A stretch of DNA of 55,782 nt from a virus. Taxonomy: Duplodnaviria; Caudoviricetes. Under the pieces are notes generated by a model, which was not told the DNA's origin, did no database searches, and saw nothing but the letters and a program-made list of their open reading frames with translations. Both the position numbers and the translations under genes were made by a program. Where the stretch lies: positions 1 through 55,782 of IMG/VR virus record IMGVR_UViG_3300031788_000021; one strand, given 5' to 3'. This document shows, piece after piece, positions 50,871 through 55,782 of the stretch. Numbering within the stretch: position 1 is the stretch's first letter; each line of letters opens with the position of its first letter.

Positions 50871-51752
50871 ATGAACGCACAAGCAACGATGACCCCCGAG
50901 CAGAAGGAGTTCCTGATCGAGGAAGCGCTGAAGACCGAAGCCGGTCGCATGGCGCTGGCCAGCAGCATGGCCAACCCGATCCGCTTGACCTTGGACTATC
51001 AAGGCATCGGACGGAAGCTCCTCGTCGTGGACCCCCTGCCTCAGGGCGCCTTGCCGGTTTACGACAAGGACGTGAAAATCCCCGTGATCGTGGTCTCCAA
51101 GCGCGGCTCCGCGCCGGACTCGATCGTGGAGGGCGAGCGCATCACCGTCGGGACCTGGGAGATCGTGTCTTACCCCCAGGTGCGGTTCAGTCAGGTCAAG
51201 GAGCGCCGCTACAACCTGATCGACCGCGCCCAGCAGCGCGCGAAGCTCGATCTGATGGCCGAGGAAGACCGGAACGTCTTCAACGCCATCGATCGGTCCA
51301 GCAACCTGCTGAACCCCGAGACGACCGTGGCCAACCAGTTGACCCGAGACGCTCTGGTCAGCGGCCTCGCTGAGATCGGGAAATGGGACCTCGTGCCCGC
51401 GAAGTTCGTCATGAACTTCTCCGAGTACTCCGACCTCATGAAGTTCGGGCGGGATCAGTTCGATCCCGTGACCCAGCGGGAAGTCCTCCAGACCGGCCTC
51501 GTCGGCCACCTCTGGACCCTGGATATCCTGGTCTCCAAGATCGTGCCGCGCGGGACCATCTGGGTCATCGCCGAGCCCGAGTTCACGGGCGTGATCCCGA
51601 TCCGCCAGGACGTCAACGTCATCCCTGCGGACAAGCCCGAGCGCCTGCGCCTGGGCTGGGTCGTGTACGAGGAACTGGGAATCGCGGTGGTCAACCCCCG
51701 CGCCTGCTCCCGGATCAACGTCACGGGCAAACCCACCTTCGTTCCGTTCTAA
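50871..51752 (+). CDS. major capsid protein (HK97 fold, encapsulin-like type)
   Basis: AGGAGGAGG RBS; LASSMANPIR..LDYQGIGRK..LPQGALPVYDKD ... RRYNLIDRAQQ ... GWVVYEELGIAVVNPR. Confidence 0.9.
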   Translation: MNAQATMTPEQKEFLIEEALKTEAGRMALASSMANPIRLTLDYQGIGRKLLVVDPLPQGALPVYDKDVKIPVIVVSKRGSAPDSIVEGERITVGTWEIVSYPQVRFSQVKERRYNLIDRAQQRAKLDLMAEEDRNVFNAIDRSSNLLNPETTVANQLTRDALVSGLAEIGKWDLVPAKFVMNFSEYSDLMKFGRDQFDPVTQREVLQTGLVGHLWTLDILVSKIVPRGTIWVIAEPEFTGVIPIRQDVNVIPADKPERLRLGWVVYEELGIAVVNPRACSRINVTGKPTFVPF

Positions 51753-51769
51753 ACGAGGGCGGTTGAAAA

Positions 51770-51797
51770 GCCCGGGGCCCCGCGAGGGGCCCCGGGC
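51770..51797 (+). terminator. strong hairpin after the MCP (terminator or mRNA-stabilising stem)
   Basis: GCCCGGGGCCCC-GCGA-GGGGCCCCGGGC; no + strand U-tract. Confidence 0.6.
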
Positions 51798-51877
51798 AAA
51801 GTCCGCAAACGTGAGGCAGTGGATAGGGGAGACACCCCGGCGAAAGTCAACTTACAACAAAAAAATTCAAGGAGGGC

Positions 51878-52480
51878 ATGAACATGCCGACATCAGCGGG
51901 ATCGGACGGTTGGGACAACGAGGGCCGGGTCTATACGGTGATCAAGAACGCGACGAGGAACTCGAAGATCGTTCTGTCGATGCTCAACGGCATCGAGATA
52001 GGACCCGGGCAGGTTCTGGATTTGAGGACGGCTTTCCGCAAATCCCAGGTCGTGGACGCTGCGCACGAGATCGCGTCCCTGATCAGGACGGGCCATCTCC
52101 TGGACATCGGGGAAGGAGCGGCCAAGGGCCCGGCGCCGGTGAACACCGGTATGCCGACCCAGGCCGAGATGCAGGACCGGATCAGGCAGAACCTGATCCG
52201 CGACATCAGCGACTCATCGAGCATGAGCGCTCTGGAAGACTGGATGGCCAACAAGGACCCGGAGATCGCGAAGGCGGCCAAGCTCCGCGCCGACATCCTC
52301 CTGGGAAACCGCACGGACTCCGGGGAGCTGATCCCTGGTTCCGAGGAGACCTCGGCGAAGCCGACGGAGCTGATCCGCAGCGGCAGTGTCAACGGCGCGC
52401 CTGAGGCGGCCACGGCCACAGCCACAGTCGGGGCCGGGATCATCCGCAGGGCCGGAGTCGAGTCCGGGATCATCGAATAG
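51878..52480 (+). CDS. putative virion protein
   Basis: AAGGAGG RBS; N-terminal domain resembles 3372 and 6989. Confidence 0.75.
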   Translation: MNMPTSAGSDGWDNEGRVYTVIKNATRNSKIVLSMLNGIEIGPGQVLDLRTAFRKSQVVDAAHEIASLIRTGHLLDIGEGAAKGPAPVNTGMPTQAEMQDRIRQNLIRDISDSSSMSALEDWMANKDPEIAKAAKLRADILLGNRTDSGELIPGSEETSAKPTELIRSGSVNGAPEAATATATVGAGIIRRAGVESGIIE

Positions 52481-52499
52481 ACGCATAGGGGGTGTTCAC

Positions 52500-55016
52500 A
52501 TGCCTACGGATTCGCTGCCAGCACCGTTCTTCGCACCCGGGGACTACGACGGCGTTCCCAAACAGGTGCCGACGCAGTTCACCCCGACGGCCCCGTCCAA
52601 TGTGAACACCCCCAACGTGCCCCTGCCCCTGCCTGAGGGCTCAGACAACCCCAAGCACGTGCAGGTCTTCGCCTACGACCCCCTGAGCAGCCAGTTCAAG
52701 CCCGTAAACTGGGTCGACGGTCAGCTCTCGGTCGACGCCACATTCAGCGGCTCGATCTCGGTCGGGGCCGTCACCCTGAAGGACGGGGCGAGCGGAACCC
52801 TGGGATCGATCATCCCCGTGGGCGCCGTGAACGCCCAGGTCGTGACCGTCAGCGCGACGCAGGCCGCGATCCCGGTCACGATCGCCGGAGGCTCGTTCGA
52901 CGTCAGCGAGAACCTGGCAGAGGTCGGTGGCGCTCCCATAGCCCTGGGCCAGGCCGCGATGGCCGCGTCCCTGCCCGTGGTTATTGCCTCTAATCAGACG
53001 GCACTGCCCGTGTCTGGGACCGTGGCAGTCTCTAATTTCCCGGCCAGTCAGCCGGTCTCGGGGACGATCACAGCAAATCAGGGCGGAGCCCCCTGGTCTC
53101 AGAATATAACGGAAATTGGCGGTTCTTCAGTTGCCTTGGGCCAGGCTCTCATGGCCGCGTCCCTGCCCGTGGTCATGGCCTCGGACTACGTCCAGTCACC
53201 CTCCGCAGACCTCAGCGCGTCGGGTACGATCACCGCCCTCAATGGCTCGGTCACCCTCCCGATCCACGGCTGCGGCTCCGCGATCTTCACCGTCACCGGG
53301 ACCTGGGCCGGGACCCTGGCGTTGCAGGGCCTGGCCGCAGACGGAGCCACCTGGCTGTCCTTGGTCGGGAACACGGGCTCCACCGGGACCTACGCGGTCC
53401 AGAACGCGATCTCAGCCAACGGCTCGTACAAGGTCATCAACATCGCGTCGTTCATGCAGATCAGGGCCACGGCCACGGCCTTCACCTCGGGTCCGATCAG
53501 CGTCGGGATCGTCGCCGCGTCCCCGGTCCAGCGCAACGAGGTCGTGCAGCTCAATGCCGCGAACCTGAACGCCACCGTCAGCGGCTCCGTCTCGGTCTCT
53601 AATTTCCCGGCCAGTCAGCCGGTCTCGGGGACGGTGACAGCGAATACCCAGGCCGACGTCGCCCTGGCTTCGCAGACTATAACGGTCCAGGACACGGGGT
53701 CGACCTCGACCGTAGTCGCGGACGGCCAGACCTGGTACTCCGGGACCCCAACTGCGGGGAGCGCGGCCACATTCGCGATGCCCTCGTGCGAAACCGCTCA
53801 ATTGGAGATCACGGGGACCTGGACCGGGACCCTGCAAGTGGAAGTCTCAGGGGATGGCACGACCTGGGTCACCCGATCCCTCCACGTCGGTGGGACCGCG
53901 ATACTCGCGTCCTCGTTCACGGCCAACATCTTCGGTGCGGCCAATGTCGGGGGCAAGTCCTATATCCGAGTCAGGGCCATCGCCGCCATAACCGGGACCG
54001 CGACCGTATCCTGCCTGGTCTCGAACAACCCCACGCTCTTCTACATCGCCAACTCCCTGAGGTTGTGCGACACCTCGAACCCGCTGGCGGTCCAGACCAT
54101 GGTCATCAAGCCCGCGAGCACGCCAGCGGCGGCAGCGGACGCGTCCATGGTCGTGGCCATGAGCCCGAACAGCCCCTTGCCTGCTGGCACCAACGCCCTG
54201 GGGACGGTCGCGGCTCAGACGGTGGATGTCCCGGTATCCGCCCCCGTGAACATAACCGCGCAGGATACGGCTACGACCGCTACGGTCGTGGCCATAACAA
54301 GCTCGTTAAACCAGACGATGTACTCAGGGACTCCGACCACGGGCTCTGCGGCGATCTTCCCCGTTGGGACATACTCCTACGATACGGCTCAGGTCAACGT
54401 CTCCGGTACGTGGACGGGGACGATCCAGGTCGAGACCTCGGACGACGGAGGCGTGACCTACGTTTCGCACTCGCTCCACATAATAAGTTCGTCCCTGTTC
54501 TTGTCGTCGTTCACGACCAACGTCATTGGCTCGGCGAACATGGGCGGGAAGACCCATATCAGGGTCCGTGCCATCGCGGCCTGGACCGGGACCGCTGCGG
54601 TCAGGGTCGTGTTCTCCAACAACCCCACCAGCATCTATGTGGCCAATGCCCTGAGGATCACTGATGGCGCCACATCCGTCACGTCCATGGCGGTCAAGCC
54701 CGCGTCGACCCCGGCGGCGGCGACGGACCCGGCTGCGGTCGTGACGACGCAGCGGGCCTCGACTCTGAACACGAACCAGGTCTCGGTCGGGAACACGCCG
54801 ACGCTTATCATCGCCGCGAACACCAGCCGCAAGCGCATCGTCATCACCAACCTCGGGACCACCAATGTCTTCATCGGGGGCAGCGCCGTCACCACGACCA
54901 CGGGCCAGCTCCTACAGGGCCTGGCTGGGTACCCACTCGCCCTCTACTGCACGGGCGCGATCTACGGTGTCGCGACCCCGAACCAGAGCGTCGCCTACTC
55001 AGAGGAGGCCATCTGA
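52500..55016 (+). CDS. repeat-rich virion fibre/decoration protein
   Basis: LGQAxMAASLPVV twice, VSNFPASQPVSGT twice, three beta-sandwich repeats with GTWxGT. Confidence 0.8.
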   Translation: MPTDSLPAPFFAPGDYDGVPKQVPTQFTPTAPSNVNTPNVPLPLPEGSDNPKHVQVFAYDPLSSQFKPVNWVDGQLSVDATFSGSISVGAVTLKDGASGTLGSIIPVGAVNAQVVTVSATQAAIPVTIAGGSFDVSENLAEVGGAPIALGQAAMAASLPVVIASNQTALPVSGTVAVSNFPASQPVSGTITANQGGAPWSQNITEIGGSSVALGQALMAASLPVVMASDYVQSPSADLSASGTITALNGSVTLPIHGCGSAIFTVTGTWAGTLALQGLAADGATWLSLVGNTGSTGTYAVQNAISANGSYKVINIASFMQIRATATAFTSGPISVGIVAASPVQRNEVVQLNAANLNATVSGSVSVSNFPASQPVSGTVTANTQADVALASQTITVQDTGSTSTVVADGQTWYSGTPTAGSAATFAMPSCETAQLEITGTWTGTLQVEVSGDGTTWVTRSLHVGGTAILASSFTANIFGAANVGGKSYIRVRAIAAITGTATVSCLVSNNPTLFYIANSLRLCDTSNPLAVQTMVIKPASTPAAAADASMVVAMSPNSPLPAGTNALGTVAAQTVDVPVSAPVNITAQDTATTATVVAITSSLNQTMYSGTPTTGSAAIFPVGTYSYDTAQVNVSGTWTGTIQVETSDDGGVTYVSHSLHIISSSLFLSSFTTNVIGSANMGGKTHIRVRAIAAWTGTAAVRVVFSNNPTSIYVANALRITDGATSVTSMAVKPASTPAAATDPAAVVTTQRASTLNTNQVSVGNTPTLIIAANTSRKRIVITNLGTTNVFIGGSAVTTTTGQLLQGLAGYPLALYCTGAIYGVATPNQSVAYSEEAI

Positions 55017-55183
55017 TGATCCAGTACAAGGTCATCGCCGACCCGGGCCAGGACGGGGTATCCGTCGGAGACGCGTTGCAGGGAGACGGCGTCGCCCCGT
55101 TCCAGGACATGAGCAATCTCGGCGTCTACGTCGCCTGCAACTTCGTGACCGGAAATCCCCAATTCTTCCAACCGGTGAACTGA
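55016..55183 (+). CDS. small hypothetical protein (55 aa)
   Basis: GAGGAGG RBS, TGATG coupling; MIQYKVIADPG...; translated by hand. Confidence 0.6.
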   Translation: MIQYKVIADPGQDGVSVGDALQGDGVAPFQDMSNLGVYVACNFVTGNPQFFQPVN

Positions 55184-55184
55184 G

Positions 55185-55782
55185 ATGGCACTCACCAGCG
55201 CGGTGGCGTGGGAGGTCAGGACCGGGGGCAGCGACTCCAACGGTGGCGGATACACCGTCGGTGCCGGGGGCACTGACTACAGCCAGCAGAATGCCGCCCA
55301 AGTCGTCTTTAACGGCTCGACCATCACCGCCACCTACAAGACAGGCTCATCCTTCACGGTCACGGGCTACACCGTGGCCGCAACCGACGTCGGGAACATC
55401 GTCAATATCACGGGCGGCACTGGCTTTACCCCCGGGAGATACGAGGTCACGACCGTCAACACGTCCGTCAATACATGGAGCGTGAACGCCATCTGCTGCA
55501 CCACCGGGGCCACGGGCATGACCGGGAGGATGGGCGGCGGGTTCCTGACCATAGCCCAGGGGATAGCCGCCATGACTGTTGCCGATCAGACCATCTACGT
55601 CGCGTCCGGTACCTACAACATAACCTCAGCGCTGGCCCCCTCGGTGACCGCCGGTTACTACCAGAGCAGCCTCATAGGCTATGTCACCAACCACAGCACG
55701 ATCCCTACGGGCTCGAATCGGCCCCTGATCTCGACCGGGTCCAACGCCATAAACGGGATCACGTTTTCGGCGGCCACCGGCT
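55185..55782 (+). CDS. tailspike/fibre-like protein, probable beta-helix; truncated by the window end
   Basis: MALTSAVAWEVRTGGSDSNGGG ... FLTIAQGIAAM..DQTIYVASGTY, typical of a beta-helix N-cap; no stop before the end. Confidence 0.7.
   Translation, partial: MALTSAVAWEVRTGGSDSNGGGYTVGAGGTDYSQQNAAQVVFNGSTITATYKTGSSFTVTGYTVAATDVGNIVNITGGTGFTPGRYEVTTVNTSVNTWSVNAICCTTGATGMTGRMGGGFLTIAQGIAAMTVADQTIYVASGTYNITSALAPSVTAGYYQSSLIGYVTNHSTIPTGSNRPLISTGSNAINGITFSAATG

Noticed and set aside
3630-51509. Many long minus-strand ORFs (e.g. 3630-5078, 32639-34459, 44072-46006, 49605-51509)
   Set aside because: They are antisense shadows of GC3-rich + strand genes, and none has recognisable motifs.
50871-51752. 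Bacterial encapsulin operon
   Set aside because: Terminase, portal, gpF and prohead protease in the same window indicate a phage capsid.
6971-52492. Recurring ATAG+purine motif before genes as a late promoter
   Set aside because: Several instances are simply TAG stops next to Shine-Dalgarno sequences; the evidence is too weak without statistics.
52900-54700. DGR template/variable repeats in the fibre gene
   Set aside because: The repeats are in-frame domain duplications without adenine-specific differences, and no reverse transcriptase is present in the window.

Overview
This window is a GC-rich, almost entirely + strand segment of a large tailed-phage (Caudoviricetes) genome covering DNA packaging and head assembly. 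It includes TerL (19946-21634), portal (39256-42297), a gpF-like head protein (42731-44494), the prohead protease (44723-46858), a scaffold-like protein, a decoration protein, an HK97-fold major capsid protein (50871-51752) and fibre-like proteins. Portal, gpF-like protein and protease each carry a LAGLIDADG intein of a different chemical type. The main unusual element is an apparent virion-cargo polyprotein system. A 3705-aa ORF (7568-18685) is divided into about 18 unrelated modules by a recurring linker (optional helical hairpin + ASF[RK]xxW[LFM]RRA). A related [KR]-x-A motif punctuates the large ORFs between TerL and portal. The modules include an inorganic pyrophosphatase domain, an mCpol nucleotide-cyclase domain, Zn fingers and small domains usually seen as stand-alone phage genes. 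Other highlights are a prfB-type +1 frameshift cassette (38817-38832), a HemP-like small ORF with a direct-repeat/terminator leader before the capsid operon, and a divergent second capsid gene. All family assignments come from reading motifs by eye; no searches were run. No tRNA, rRNA or CRISPR array was seen.
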